Positions 32,383 through 42,604 of a DNA stretch of 64,000 bases are shown here, in pieces. Position 1 is the first letter of the stretch, and each line of letters opens with the position of its first letter. The DNA is from Candidatus Poribacteria bacterium (lineage in GTDB: Bacteria > Poribacteria > WGA-4E > JAJDTR01). The notes beneath the pieces were generated by a model. That model had not been told where the DNA came from. It saw only the letters and a list, made by a program, of their open reading frames with translations, and made no database searches. The stretch is from NCBI GenBank assembly GCA_965222225.1, contig CBDCTK010000002.1:1312001-1376000 (forward strand). The letters run 5' to 3'. A program made the position numbers and the translations under genes.

Positions 32383-33489
32383 ATGGAGCACAAACCTACC
32401 ATAACTCGACTACCTAGATTACTTTTGATAGGCATAGCCTTAATCACTCTCGCAACGGCTGAACTGTTCGTTGGAAAACTATTTGCGAAGACAACCAAAG
32501 CCAGTCCGTCCAGTCAGAATCTCCTACCTTCGCAGTCCGAATATAAGGCTCTCCTTGAGCGTTTCTATGACGCGGTTTTCAACCTCCCGAATCTAATCGA
32601 AGCCCGAAATCTTGTAGGTACTGACTACATCGATCACAACCCCATAAATCCCAAATCGGTATCTGGAATTGATGGGCTAAAATACACCTCGAAACTGTTT
32701 CGAACCGGTTTCCCGGACATTAACATTCGCGTCGAAGATTTGATCATTGGTCGGAATAGAATAGTAGCTCGTATCAGAATACGGGGAACGCATCAGGGCG
32801 AATTCATGGGAATCAAGCCTACCGGCAAGCAGATTGACATTGCGGCAATTGAAATTTACAGAATCGTTGGCGAGAAAATCAGTGAACGATGGGGAAATTT
32901 GGATGGTATCGCGCTCCTTCAGCAATTGGACGTGGTTCAAATACAGAACGCGCCAGACGACGCCCTATCCGGGGATGGCGAAGAACTTGCCGAAGAGGAA
33001 CAGCAAAGCAAGGTCATTGAAAACCGGAATTTGACAGCCCTGAACGATTGGGAGCAACTTAAAGCCGCTTTCATGCACGAGATTGGACGTGTGCGCATTG
33101 TGGCGCTCCTGTCGCCAAACTGACCGCTATGTCGTCGGGGGGTCTCCGAAATTAAGAGAATCCTTAACAATTCTTCAGACGACTATCCGGCTGTCTATGT
33201 TGTCTGGCAACCCGTCCTTCGCAGTGACAACCGCGAGGCTGCAGAAAGACGTGCGGATGAGTTTGCCGACGATAGGATTCGTCACTTCTGGGACAAAGAG
33301 CGATTCACCGGAGAATTGTGGAAGCCCGTCCTTGGCGCGCGGGATATTCCCTGGGACGTTTATTTCTTGTATAACCCAGATGCCCAATGGGAGGACGTTC
33401 CCACGCCTCCAGATTTTTGGATGCGTCGAATGACCGAAGGAAAAATCCCGCGATTTTTGACAAAAGTAAGGGAAATCATAGGCAAATAA
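32383..33489 (+). CDS. Probable selenoprotein: N-terminal anchor + SnoaL-like ester cyclase + thioredoxin-like UxxC domain (368 aa; UGA at 33121-33123 read as Sec)
   Basis: The frame stays open for 121 sense codons after TGA: RIVALLSPN-U-PLCRRG...VYVVW..WD..PWDVYFLY..; a SECIS-like hairpin follows the UGA. Confidence 0.85.
33135..33149 (+). promoter_or_regulatory. Bacterial SECIS-like hairpin
   Basis: TCGGGG-GGT-CTCCGA stem-loop starting 11 nt after the UGA, with a G-containing apical loop. Confidence 0.7.
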
Positions 33490-33653
33490 ATCCTCAGATA
33501 CTGTCGCTTTTGTCTTCAATCCCTGTCTAGCCGCGTATTCATCTGCATTCCTCTTTCACTCCATTGGTAGCAGGGCAAGTCATTACATGTCAGATCTTTC
33601 TTGTTCCCCCATTCTTCCAACCTTCTGCCCTTCCAACATTCCTTCCCTCCCGG

Positions 33654-34481
33654 CTAACCGAGAATTCTGAAAATTAATACCGCCAAGCCCAACGCAAAAC
33701 AGTAATACGAGAATCCTGAGATTTTTCCCCGATCGAGCACTGCAAGTAGGACGCGCAATGCAATATAGCCGACCAAGAATGATGTCAATGTGCCAACTAC
33801 GACAACCATCGGGTTAACTGAGATGCTCGCCACGTCCTTGAGTTTAAGCAAAACTGCGCCAAGGATTGCAGGAATGGAGAGAAGGAATGAAAATCGTCCT
33901 GCCTGTTTCGGAGAAATGCCTAAGAGTAGCGCCAAAGAGATTGTAGCGCCTGACCTTGAAATCCCGGGTGTGATGGCTAACGCCTGAGCTATTCCAATAA
34001 GCGGCGAATGCCAGAACCGCACGGGGCAATCCCCCTGGACTGTGCTCCGCCTGAGTCGCGGTAATTGTAGGATAACGCCTGTAGTTATCAACATTACCGC
34101 GACAATCGTCGGCTTGATGAAGAGCGCCTCAAGCTGCTGCTTAAAAGCAAGTGCGATTATTCCGGTGGGAACAGAGCCGAGTAGGATATACCAGATTAGC
34201 TTAAGGTCGGTCGATCCATTGATGGCGGAGATTGGCCGCCGGTAAAATCGAGGATTCGCGAGAGCCGAAAAGCTTGCTCCGGCAAGTTCCTGGATGGATT
34301 GTTTATACGCGATGACAACCGCACCGAGGGTGCCAAGATGTAGCATCACATCGAAAAATACTTGTGGCTCTTTCAAACCCAAAAAATGTTGCATCAACGC
34401 CAGATGCCCGGAACTACTCACCGGCAAGAATTCTGTTATCCCTTGTATAATGCCGAGTACAACTGCTTCAAGAATGGTCAT
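33654..34481 (-). CDS. uppP: Undecaprenyl-diphosphate phosphatase
   Basis: QGITEFLPVSSSGH and PGISRSG motifs. Confidence 0.96.
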   Translation of the reverse strand: MTILEAVVLGIIQGITEFLPVSSSGHLALMQHFLGLKEPQVFFDVMLHLGTLGAVVIAYKQSIQELAGASFSALANPRFYRRPISAINGSTDLKLIWYILLGSVPTGIIALAFKQQLEALFIKPTIVAVMLITTGVILQLPRLRRSTVQGDCPVRFWHSPLIGIAQALAITPGISRSGATISLALLLGISPKQAGRFSFLLSIPAILGAVLLKLKDVASISVNPMVVVVGTLTSFLVGYIALRVLLAVLDRGKISGFSYYCFALGLAVLIFRILG

Positions 34482-34622
34482 ATTGTTAGTTTATCGCACT
34501 GCGCTGGCCGAAACTGAGTTTTTTCGGTGTATCAACACAAGCTAGACAATACCCCGTCTTTATCTGCTAATTGCCCGTGACACGGGGACCAATACTCGGT
34601 TTCACCGGTACAAATTGATACC

Positions 34623-34672
34623 AAAAAAAACGCCCCGCGTAAACTGTTAATTGCTAGTTCAAGCGGGGCGTT
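34623..34672 (-). terminator. Intrinsic terminator
   Basis: A8-CGCCCCGC...GCGGGGCGTT. Confidence 0.7.
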
Positions 34673-34696
34673 GGAGTTACGGGAAATTTACTTCGC

Positions 34697-37087
34697 TTAC
34701 TTAGAAATCAACATTTTGCGCGTAGCAGCAAAATCGTTGGTTTTCAGAGTATAGTAGTAGACACCTGATGCGACATGCTCGCCAGCACCGTTGCGCCCAT
34801 CCCAATACGCGGCGTTGGAGCGTGTCATGTAGAAGCCAGCCGGTTTCATTCCCAGATCGAGTGTACGTACAAGCTGACCGGACGCACTATAAATCTGAAT
34901 GGAAGCGAAACTAGACTCGCTGAGTTGGAACGGCATCCACGTCTCGGGATTGAACGGATTGGGGAAGTTTTGTGCCAGTCGCGTTTGCTCTGGATGCACA
35001 TCACCAACCACTAGTGACAGACGCAGGTAAGCCTGCCTGATGTCCGCAATATCAACCGTGTGCGTGAACGGACCTGATACGATATTTCCGCTGCCATCAA
35101 GCACCGTGATTTCCAGCTGATCGCCAGCCTCTATGACACTATTCCGATTGAGATCTGCCCAGACAGCAGCGGAGCGTGTCTTGCTCGTTGAGATTGGCTC
35201 GGTTGCAACTGCACCGGTGCGCAGGTTCTTGGCTACCAAAGTGTAGTTCGTTTGTGGATCGGCATTTTGCAAACTACCACTTACAACAAATGCCCACGCA
35301 TCCCTGAAGGGGTTGATACCCGGCGCTGCGGCGACTTGCTGGTTGTCCCACGCGGTTCCTGTGAAGGCAACGGAACCGCCATCGGGTGTGTTGACGATGT
35401 AGCCTTTGCCGCCTTCGATAGCAAACCCATCACCGCCTTCACCTGTCGTGAAGCCGACAAATTTCTGACTCGCCGCGTCAAGTTTAATGACGACGGTAGC
35501 GCCTACTGCCTCTGCAAACGTTTGGGCTGTGAACGGCGCTTCCGGCATCAGCGGCAGAGAAATCATGTTCAGCCCTTCATCAAGCATCATGGCGAAGGTC
35601 GCCATCTCTTCCTCGGGCGGGGCAACATACGGTGCGACGCTCAATCGAGCAACCGGCTCCATCCAGCCGAATTCCATGCCAACATCAGCGTTACCCGTGA
35701 TACCCGGGTGTGCCATGATAACGCCACCTTCGACAGCTTGCTCACTCCCGCCGAACGGAGGACCAGGAACATGCGTGGCAAGTTCGTTATTCTCTTCCGT
35801 GCCAGCATCATACGTCATGATGTCCATGGTAAAGGTGCGCGGCGCTCCAGCTTCGTCAAAAAGCGAGAGGCTATTACCAGCAACAAGCGCATCATTCGTT
35901 TGGACTAGCATAGAAGCAAACGAAAGCAGCCATCCATCCATGCCTCCATCAATCATTACACTAGTAGATGCGCCTGGAAGCAACACACCTTCAGCAGACT
36001 GAACATCTTTGACCCCTTCTGTGCCCATAGCGAGGGCGGAAAGCGGTGCATTATCGCCCATTTCGGCGATATCACGCAATTCCTCGGAGGCAGCCGTACC
36101 AGCTTCAACAAAACTTACACTGCTGGTATGGGTGATGAACAGTGCTGGGGAGAAAATCTGTCCGCTTTCCGTGGGAGTGCCGACAGTGAGGTTTTCGAGC
36201 GTTACCGTAAAGGTCTGGTCGGCTTCAATTGGTGGGGCTGCGGCAGATTCTTCGGTGGGCATTTCGTCAATCAGCGTTTCATCGACTGGTGTCTCATCGA
36301 CTGGTGTCTCATCGACTGGTGTCTCATCGACTGGTGTCTCATCGACTGGTGTCTCATCGACTGGTGTCTCATCGACTGGTGTCTCATCGACTGGTGTCTC
36401 GTCAACCGGTGTTTCATCGACTAGAGTCTCATCAACTGGTGTTTCGTCAACCGGCGTTTCATCGACTGGAGTCTCGTCAACCGGTGTTTCATCGACTAGA
36501 GTCTCATCAACCGGTGTTTCGTCGACTAGAGTCTCATCAACTGGTGTTTCGTCAACCGGTGCTGCTGGAGCGGAGACCATGCCGTCTGTTGTTGTTACGG
36601 CTAGAAGTGTCTGTAAAGAAGCGTCAGCAGGATCCGGAATTTGCACCTTCGCGATTTGCAGCGATGAATCTTTAGCCTCAACTACTTCGAATGTTATGGT
36701 TACCAGCGTACCCATATCTCCACCCTCTCCGGCGAGAGAAAGTGATGCCATACGGATGGTAGCAAGGCCGGTGTCGGGATTCGTCTCGATTTCATCGGCA
36801 TTTGGCGGAACAGGAAATGCGCCGGGTAGATAATCGCTGAATTCCACTCCAACATACGAAAGCGCAGTTGGATCAAATAGCACATCAAACTGATAAGCTT
36901 TGATACCCGCGGCGGCGCTAATGTTGACATCAACAGTAAGTTGTTCGCCCGCCGCTGGGGATTCAATTGCTGCCGGATCGATTGAAAGAACCGCTTCACC
37001 GTACGTTGTGCCCTGAAGAGCAAACAACATCATAAAAACGGTGACAAAAGAGAATAACGACCCTCGGTTAACTATCTGGCTCTTCAT
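34697..37087 (-). CDS. Secreted cohesin-like + (P/L)VDET repeat + Spondin_N + FlgD-Ig/T9SS-like C-terminal domain protein
   Basis: Signal peptide; YQFDVLFDPTAL cohesin; QIFSP..H..AE.G, SMLVQTND and YDAGTE spondin motifs; AQNFPNPFNPETW..WDGRN..ASGVYYY tail. Confidence 0.88.
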   Translation of the reverse strand: MKSQIVNRGSLFSFVTVFMMLFALQGTTYGEAVLSIDPAAIESPAAGEQLTVDVNISAAAGIKAYQFDVLFDPTALSYVGVEFSDYLPGAFPVPPNADEIETNPDTGLATIRMASLSLAGEGGDMGTLVTITFEVVEAKDSSLQIAKVQIPDPADASLQTLLAVTTTDGMVSAPAAPVDETPVDETLVDETPVDETLVDETPVDETPVDETPVDETPVDETLVDETPVDETPVDETPVDETPVDETPVDETPVDETPVDETPVDETPVDETLIDEMPTEESAAAPPIEADQTFTVTLENLTVGTPTESGQIFSPALFITHTSSVSFVEAGTAASEELRDIAEMGDNAPLSALAMGTEGVKDVQSAEGVLLPGASTSVMIDGGMDGWLLSFASMLVQTNDALVAGNSLSLFDEAGAPRTFTMDIMTYDAGTEENNELATHVPGPPFGGSEQAVEGGVIMAHPGITGNADVGMEFGWMEPVARLSVAPYVAPPEEEMATFAMMLDEGLNMISLPLMPEAPFTAQTFAEAVGATVVIKLDAASQKFVGFTTGEGGDGFAIEGGKGYIVNTPDGGSVAFTGTAWDNQQVAAAPGINPFRDAWAFVVSGSLQNADPQTNYTLVAKNLRTGAVATEPISTSKTRSAAVWADLNRNSVIEAGDQLEITVLDGSGNIVSGPFTHTVDIADIRQAYLRLSLVVGDVHPEQTRLAQNFPNPFNPETWMPFQLSESSFASIQIYSASGQLVRTLDLGMKPAGFYMTRSNAAYWDGRNGAGEHVASGVYYYTLKTNDFAATRKMLISK
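36260..36559 (-). repeat. 15-bp tandem repeat x20 encoding (P/L)VDET
   Basis: Unit GACTGGTGTCTCATC with variants; 300 nt in total. Confidence 0.97.
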
Positions 37088-37606
37088 CAAAAATACACCT
37101 TTCATAATATGTTTGTCATATGTTTGTCATTTCAAGAAATGCGGTAGTGAAAATATCAATTCAAGAAATGGCAGTGGATTTCCAAAACGTGTTACGAGAT
37201 CAGCACATAACACGACGATCTTCTATTGTACCCAAAATCTATTGTGGGATGCCTAAATATAAAGATATGACATTATAACTCATGTGAACAACCTTTATCA
37301 ATAGGTTTTTTTGACCAATTGATTGAAATCTGTGGATTACTTTAGCGACGCCGCCAATCACGGGCGTTCCATTTCACGCGGAGAATAAAATTTGTCGCGG
37401 ACTTGATAGTCTTGGACAGACTTCTCTCTATAAACGGTCCCTGGACTTTATCTGTTTTCGCGTTTTAGGCATCGTTTCGTCCCACTCTTCCGTCCTCCAT
37501 GCTTCCAATCTTCCACTTTGAAACCAATTGCACTTTTTCGATATGAATGCTACAATACATAATGTCTTGCTAACAATGCTTCCCATTGTTCTCTCATTCG
37601 CCCTCA

Positions 37607-38317
37607 ATGAAAATGCCAGTAACCGCTGCCGACAATCAAGAAATTGGTGTGCTATACATTGTGAGCACCCCAATCGGCAATTTGGAAGATATTACCCTGC
37701 GCGCAATTCGAATTCTCAATGAAGTGGCCCTGATCGCCGCAGAGGATACCCGTCGCACACGCCAGTTACTCAACCACTATGATATCCACACGCCGCTTAC
37801 AAGCTACTTTGATGGAAACCAGGAGCGCAAAGGTGAAAAACTACTCGCGCGATTAAAGGCGGGGCAATCGATTGCCTTGGTCTCGGAAGCCGGGACACCA
37901 ACGATTTCCGACCCAGGACACAGGCTCGTCGTTCAATGCATTGATGCGAAAATTCAAATCACGCCCATTCCGGGGGCAACCGCATGCATTACGGCGGCTT
38001 CAGTAGCTGGACTGCCGTTAAACGCTTTTGTCTTTGAAGGCTTCCTCTCCCCAAAGTCCGGGAAACGAATGAGACAATTCACTGAAGTGCGCGAAGAAAA
38101 ACGGACGCTCATCTTCTACGAATCTCCCCACCGGCTCATGTTCTTCCTCCAGGATGCTATAAAAATTCTAGGGGATCGTCACATCGTCGTTGCACGCGAA
38201 TTGACAAAAAAGTTCGAAGAGATTTTCCGGGGTCTTGTAAGCGAGGCAATACGGAAATTCCAAGCTTCACCTCCGCGCGGAGAGTTTACCATCCTAATTG
38301 AGGGCAATAGGAATTGA
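37607..38317 (+). CDS. rsmI: 16S rRNA C1402 2'-O-methyltransferase
   Basis: TPIGNLEDIT, AEDTR, SEAGTPTISDPG and RELTKKFEE motifs. Confidence 0.96.
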   Translation: MKMPVTAADNQEIGVLYIVSTPIGNLEDITLRAIRILNEVALIAAEDTRRTRQLLNHYDIHTPLTSYFDGNQERKGEKLLARLKAGQSIALVSEAGTPTISDPGHRLVVQCIDAKIQITPIPGATACITAASVAGLPLNAFVFEGFLSPKSGKRMRQFTEVREEKRTLIFYESPHRLMFFLQDAIKILGDRHIVVARELTKKFEEIFRGLVSEAIRKFQASPPRGEFTILIEGNRN

Positions 38318-38398
38318 CTTGGTAAGAAACGGTACAGATAGAAAAACCGGACGTAAAAACAAACTCAACCCCCCACATACTGGAGAGAAAAACAGCTT

Positions 38399-40036
38399 TT
38401 GCAATCCCCACACGGTATTAGATCCGAAGCGTTTCGGGCACCAGTAATGGCAAAGAACGGCATGGTTACATCGGCGCATCCGATCGCCTCGCAAGCAGGA
38501 ATCCAAGCCATGATGGCAGGCGGAAATGCAGTCGATGGAGCAATCGCGACTGCGGCTGCCCTTGGCGTCGTTGACCCGGCGAATTCTGGAACGGGCGGCG
38601 ACGGATTTATCATGGTCTACTGGGCCGAATCTGACTCGGTGACATGTGTCAATGCAACAGGGCCAGCGCCCTACGCAGCCACCCGCGAAGTGTATCTCAA
38701 AGATGGTGGGATTCCCATGAGAGGCATTCGGAGCGTTTCCTTGCCCGGAATTGTCGATGGTTGGCTGATAGCGCACGGCCGTTACGGTGCATTGAAACTC
38801 GATCAGGTTTTCGATCCGGCAATTTCGCTCTGCGAAAACGGCTTTCCCGTTGGCGAGAATCTCGCGGCTGGACTCAGAGGCGTAACACCACTCTTTAATG
38901 AGAACCCATATTCGCGAGCCGCGTTCACCAATAACGGCAACCCCATCGGCATAGGGCAGATGCTGTACAACAAAAATCTCGCTAACACGTTAAGAAAAAT
39001 CGCTGCCGAAGGACGTGAATCTTTCTATGAAGGCGCAATCGCACGCGAAATTGTAAAGTTTAGCGAGGCATGCGATGGGCTTTTTACAGAGAAGGATTTC
39101 GCTGACTATCACGGACATTGGGACGATCCCATCCATATTAATTATCGCGGCTACGAAGTTTACGAAATGCCTCCTAATTCTAGCGGACACATCCTTCTCC
39201 AAGAGCTAAACATTGTCGAGTTGTTCGATCTCGTATCGTTGGGACATAACACAACGGAATGCGTTCATCTGATGGTCGAAGCGAAGAAACTCGGTTTTGC
39301 GGACCGGGAAAAATTCATGGCGGACCCGAACTGGGTTGACGTTCCGATTGAGGGACTGCTGTCGAAAGAATACGCTGCCGCACAGGCGAAACGCATCGAC
39401 CCCCACCGAGCAGCCGTGGATGTGCCTGCTGGCGGGCCGGAACTGTTTGGAGATACAACCTGCTTCTGTGTCGCGGATCGCTGGGGCAATGTCGTTTCTA
39501 TGCTACAGAGCATCCAGATGGGATTTGGCTCCGGCTTAATCGCCGGCGATACTGGGGTTTTGCTTAACGATCGCATGACCTATTGGCACTTAGAGGAAGA
39601 CCATCCAAACTGCCTCATGCCGGGGAAACGCGTCCGTCACACGATGAACCCTGTCATTGTAACTCAAAGTAACAAAGCGTTTCTCGCGTGTGGCACACCG
39701 GGAGCGGATACACAAGTACAAACCAACCTCCAACTCATTACCAACATTATCGACTTTGGGATGAATGCTCAAGAAGCTGTGGAAGCGCCTCGCTGGCGCA
39801 GTCTGCAAAACCCGATGGAGTCGACAGTGCCGCACACCTGCTCAAATAACCTACAGTTGGAAAATCGATTTCCTGAAGAGGTACGTGAAGGCCTCAAGCG
39901 AAAAGGGCATGAACTTGAGGTTTTGGGTGACTGGCACGGTCCCGGTAACGCACAAGTCATTATCCGTCATCCCGAATCGGGTGCGCTCATCGGAGGATCA
40001 GATCCACGAGTGAACGGGTACGCCATCGGCTGGTGA
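38399..40036 (+). CDS. ggt: Gamma-glutamyltransferase
   Basis: GGNAVDGAIA, catalytic DTT, PGKRVRHT and GTPGA motifs. Confidence 0.95.
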   Translation: MQSPHGIRSEAFRAPVMAKNGMVTSAHPIASQAGIQAMMAGGNAVDGAIATAAALGVVDPANSGTGGDGFIMVYWAESDSVTCVNATGPAPYAATREVYLKDGGIPMRGIRSVSLPGIVDGWLIAHGRYGALKLDQVFDPAISLCENGFPVGENLAAGLRGVTPLFNENPYSRAAFTNNGNPIGIGQMLYNKNLANTLRKIAAEGRESFYEGAIAREIVKFSEACDGLFTEKDFADYHGHWDDPIHINYRGYEVYEMPPNSSGHILLQELNIVELFDLVSLGHNTTECVHLMVEAKKLGFADREKFMADPNWVDVPIEGLLSKEYAAAQAKRIDPHRAAVDVPAGGPELFGDTTCFCVADRWGNVVSMLQSIQMGFGSGLIAGDTGVLLNDRMTYWHLEEDHPNCLMPGKRVRHTMNPVIVTQSNKAFLACGTPGADTQVQTNLQLITNIIDFGMNAQEAVEAPRWRSLQNPMESTVPHTCSNNLQLENRFPEEVREGLKRKGHELEVLGDWHGPGNAQVIIRHPESGALIGGSDPRVNGYAIGW

Positions 40037-40070
40037 GGTAATGGCACACCTCATCAAACAAGCGGACCAC

Positions 40071-40970
40071 TCACTTGGCAATGCGGAATCCAAGCACAAA
40101 CTCCGCATAGTCTTTGCTGAAGAAATCAAAACTGATGCAAGTACTGTGGTCGTGGTTGTAGTACCAGGCGCCGCCGCAGACCACTCGGAAATCCGGGGCA
40201 TCGTCATCATACGGCGTGCTCGTCCATTCCCACACATTTCCGAGCATGTCGTAACAGCCGAAAGGACTGGTGCCATCGGGAAATGCGCCCACGGGTGTTG
40301 TATCTCCGGCACGGAGTTCTGCTGTATTGCAGCGCGGTTTGTCAACCTCATATCCCCATGGGAACAAACGGTCATCATCCCCGCGCACTGCACGCTGCCA
40401 CTCCTCAAAGCAAGGCAAACGACCTCCTGCCCAACTCGCGTAATTCTCCGCGTCTTCGGCATTGACCCATGTGACCGGGTGATCCCCCCGTCTCTCCGGG
40501 TATGTGCTTGCTTCCCATCCCTTCGGTGTGCGATACCCGGTCTCCTGAACGAATCGATGATATTGAGCGTTCGTTACCGGATATCGCCCTATCTGGAATT
40601 CATCCACCTGAACCGGTTCCAAATCTACACCGACTAACACTTCGCCAGCTGGAACATCTACCATGCTGTGCAATATTCGCAAAGCGGCTTTGCGGATTCC
40701 CACATCCTCATGGTCGAGTGCATATCCCAATGGCGATGACACTGATTCAACGGGTGGGGTCAGCGCTCTTGGCGTATGCTCCCAATTCAGTTCTTCTCTC
40801 AGTAGGAGGCGGGCAATTTCTGCCAGAGATTCGTCGAAATGCCAGGTCCAGTATTGATTCAAAAGTTGCTGTAGGGAGTTCGGGTCGCTGCGTTGCGCAA
40901 GATTCACTCGCTTTTCCTGTCGATTATCCCATTCCTGCCCATCCAGCTTCTTCAGTTTGATTACCTGCAT
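40071..40970 (-). CDS. FGE-sulfatase (SUMF1/EgtB/PvdO) domain protein
   Basis: YPVTNAQY, RLP..EW, DMLGNVWEW and GFR motifs. Confidence 0.9.
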   Translation of the reverse strand: MQVIKLKKLDGQEWDNRQEKRVNLAQRSDPNSLQQLLNQYWTWHFDESLAEIARLLLREELNWEHTPRALTPPVESVSSPLGYALDHEDVGIRKAALRILHSMVDVPAGEVLVGVDLEPVQVDEFQIGRYPVTNAQYHRFVQETGYRTPKGWEASTYPERRGDHPVTWVNAEDAENYASWAGGRLPCFEEWQRAVRGDDDRLFPWGYEVDKPRCNTAELRAGDTTPVGAFPDGTSPFGCYDMLGNVWEWTSTPYDDDAPDFRVVCGGAWYYNHDHSTCISFDFFSKDYAEFVLGFRIAK

Positions 40971-41029
40971 CCGTCAAACCTAGGACATCTCCGCGAGCAA
41001 CGCGACGCTTGAGACGTGAAACAGCCATT

Positions 41030-41050
41030 GTAGGGTGGGCACCGCCCACC
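41030..41050 (+). repeat. GTAG-type REP palindrome
   Basis: GTAGGGTGGGCACCGCCCACC. Confidence 0.85.
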
Positions 41051-41129
41051 ATCTTCTTTCAATCTTCCATTCCCCTGACCGGTTTTGCTTCCGCATAATG
41101 CCAGATACGTGAAATTCAAGAATAGCCGA

Positions 41130-41531
41130 TTAATCTACCGGCAATCCCACCGACGCGTGAATCTGAACAAACCTCCAGCGCTCGTCCTCCTTCTCTAGCA
41201 CCCCCGTCATGCGCATCGCTAATTCCTCGCGAACCCCACACCACTTGAGGCGCCAGCGCTGTCGCGTATAAAACCATGCGACGCTATCGCGCTCCTGCAC
41301 ATCAAGACTTTCAAAGCTAATGGAGAAATCCTCCGCGCTTGCCGCATGATGGCGATAGTATTCAAGCGCGTTCTCTCCGCCCTCAATCACCTCATTCACA
41401 TCTGTCCCGATTTTCACGAAGGATTCCGCGGCAGACATCATTCCCGTCAGACGTTCGACATCCCCTGACACTAGGGCATCAAAGTATTCCGTGACGGTAC
41501 GATACGCGTCGGTGAGTTTCGTAGAGGGCAT
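41130..41531 (-). CDS. NTF2/SnoaL-like protein
   Basis: RMTGVLEK..WRFVQIHAS motif. Confidence 0.85.
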   Translation of the reverse strand: MPSTKLTDAYRTVTEYFDALVSGDVERLTGMMSAAESFVKIGTDVNEVIEGGENALEYYRHHAASAEDFSISFESLDVQERDSVAWFYTRQRWRLKWCGVREELAMRMTGVLEKEDERWRFVQIHASVGLPVD

Positions 41532-41682
41532 AATGTCTTGACGAGGGGTAAAACTACAAAGAGGATGCCTTTACGCGTGTCTTCAATTCTGAGGCATTGG
41601 AGCAGATGGGGTGCAGAAGAAGGGAAGGCAGGCACTAGCGCACCCTGCGATTTTGCCATTCCCTTTGCTGATAGTCGAGAGG

Positions 41683-42270
41683 TTAGCATTCAACCTCATA
41701 GATTCCGTTGAGCGCATCCCACAGCACAACACTCATCGTCTCGCAAGCGCCCAGCGCCTCTTCCTGTTCTTCCGACGACAGCAATTCAATCCGATCCAGC
41801 AGTTTTTCGCTCTCATGCTGGTTGTGCGAGTGGATTTCAAAGTAAGGTTCCACGGTTTGAGGCAGGTTGTAGAAGGATTTTAAGCCTTCAAGTTTCGACT
41901 GGGCGGTGGCGGGTTGTTGGGATTCAAAGGCGTAAAGCGCTCCAAGCGCTGTGGTCGGGGTGGAAAAAAGACGCCGCGCCGTCTCGACTAATTTCCTGAC
42001 CTGCGCGATGCATGCTTGCCCGGCCTCGGTACCCAAGCCTTGGGCAAAATCGTTCCACAGTTCTAGGTGTTCCCTTTCCTCTTGAGCGATTTCGTAATCC
42101 GCCAGCGTCTCCCATCCACTTGGCATAAGAGAAATGAGTGCACCATATTCGCCGGCGTAGGTGCGCAGCGCTTCCTGAGATAATGTCCCATCACTCCACG
42201 CCTGATAAAAAGGATTTTCGAGCAAATTCCAATTTGAGATTGTCTCGTCTAGTCGATGCTTAATGTTCAT
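41683..42270 (-). CDS. CADD/PqqC/TenA-like heme-oxygenase-fold dimetal oxidase
   Basis: LLENPFYQAWSDG, EEREH, ALYAFESQQP, SKLEGL and YFEIH motifs. Confidence 0.85.
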   Translation of the reverse strand: MNIKHRLDETISNWNLLENPFYQAWSDGTLSQEALRTYAGEYGALISLMPSGWETLADYEIAQEEREHLELWNDFAQGLGTEAGQACIAQVRKLVETARRLFSTPTTALGALYAFESQQPATAQSKLEGLKSFYNLPQTVEPYFEIHSHNQHESEKLLDRIELLSSEEQEEALGACETMSVVLWDALNGIYEVEC

Positions 42271-42506
42271 GTTTGAACTCTTCTCCATTTACGAATTTAT
42301 GACGCTGTTCACAATTATAGCACACGGCGTCTTTGCAGTCAAGCGAACCGAATCGACCAATCTTCAATTGTTAAATCCTTGATTTTCTTTCTTTTCTTTG
42401 CACCGGCATTCTGCGATTGTTTTCTAACTTTAAGCCGTGTTTACCTGTGTCAATCCGTACCCATTCCTTCCACCCTTCCAATCTGCCATTCTTTAAACAC
42501 TCATAC

Positions 42507-42535
42507 TTGCTTAATTGAGCAAAACGTGTTATAAT
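42507..42535 (+). promoter_or_regulatory. Sigma-70 promoter of the ferredoxin-yicC-gmk operon
   Basis: TTGCTT-N17-TATAAT with extended -10 TG. Confidence 0.7.
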
Positions 42536-42604
42536 CAAAATGTCTTAATACCATCCCAAGTTAACCGGCTAACTTGTCAGACCAGAGACGGAAAGAAAAC
42601 CTAA

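Noticed and set aside
33083-33519. ORF-track ORFs 33083-33433 (+) and 33175-33519 (-)
   Set aside because: Better explained by UGA readthrough in the frame of the 32383 ORF
36009-36833. Plus-strand ORFs with VSSTG / CLIDW / LVSHR repeats
   Set aside because: Shadow frames of the 15-bp tandem repeat in the minus-strand gene
41008-41025. parS-like site (ACGTGAAACA)
   Set aside because: Only a half-site, not the 16-bp palindrome, and far from the parB-like gene
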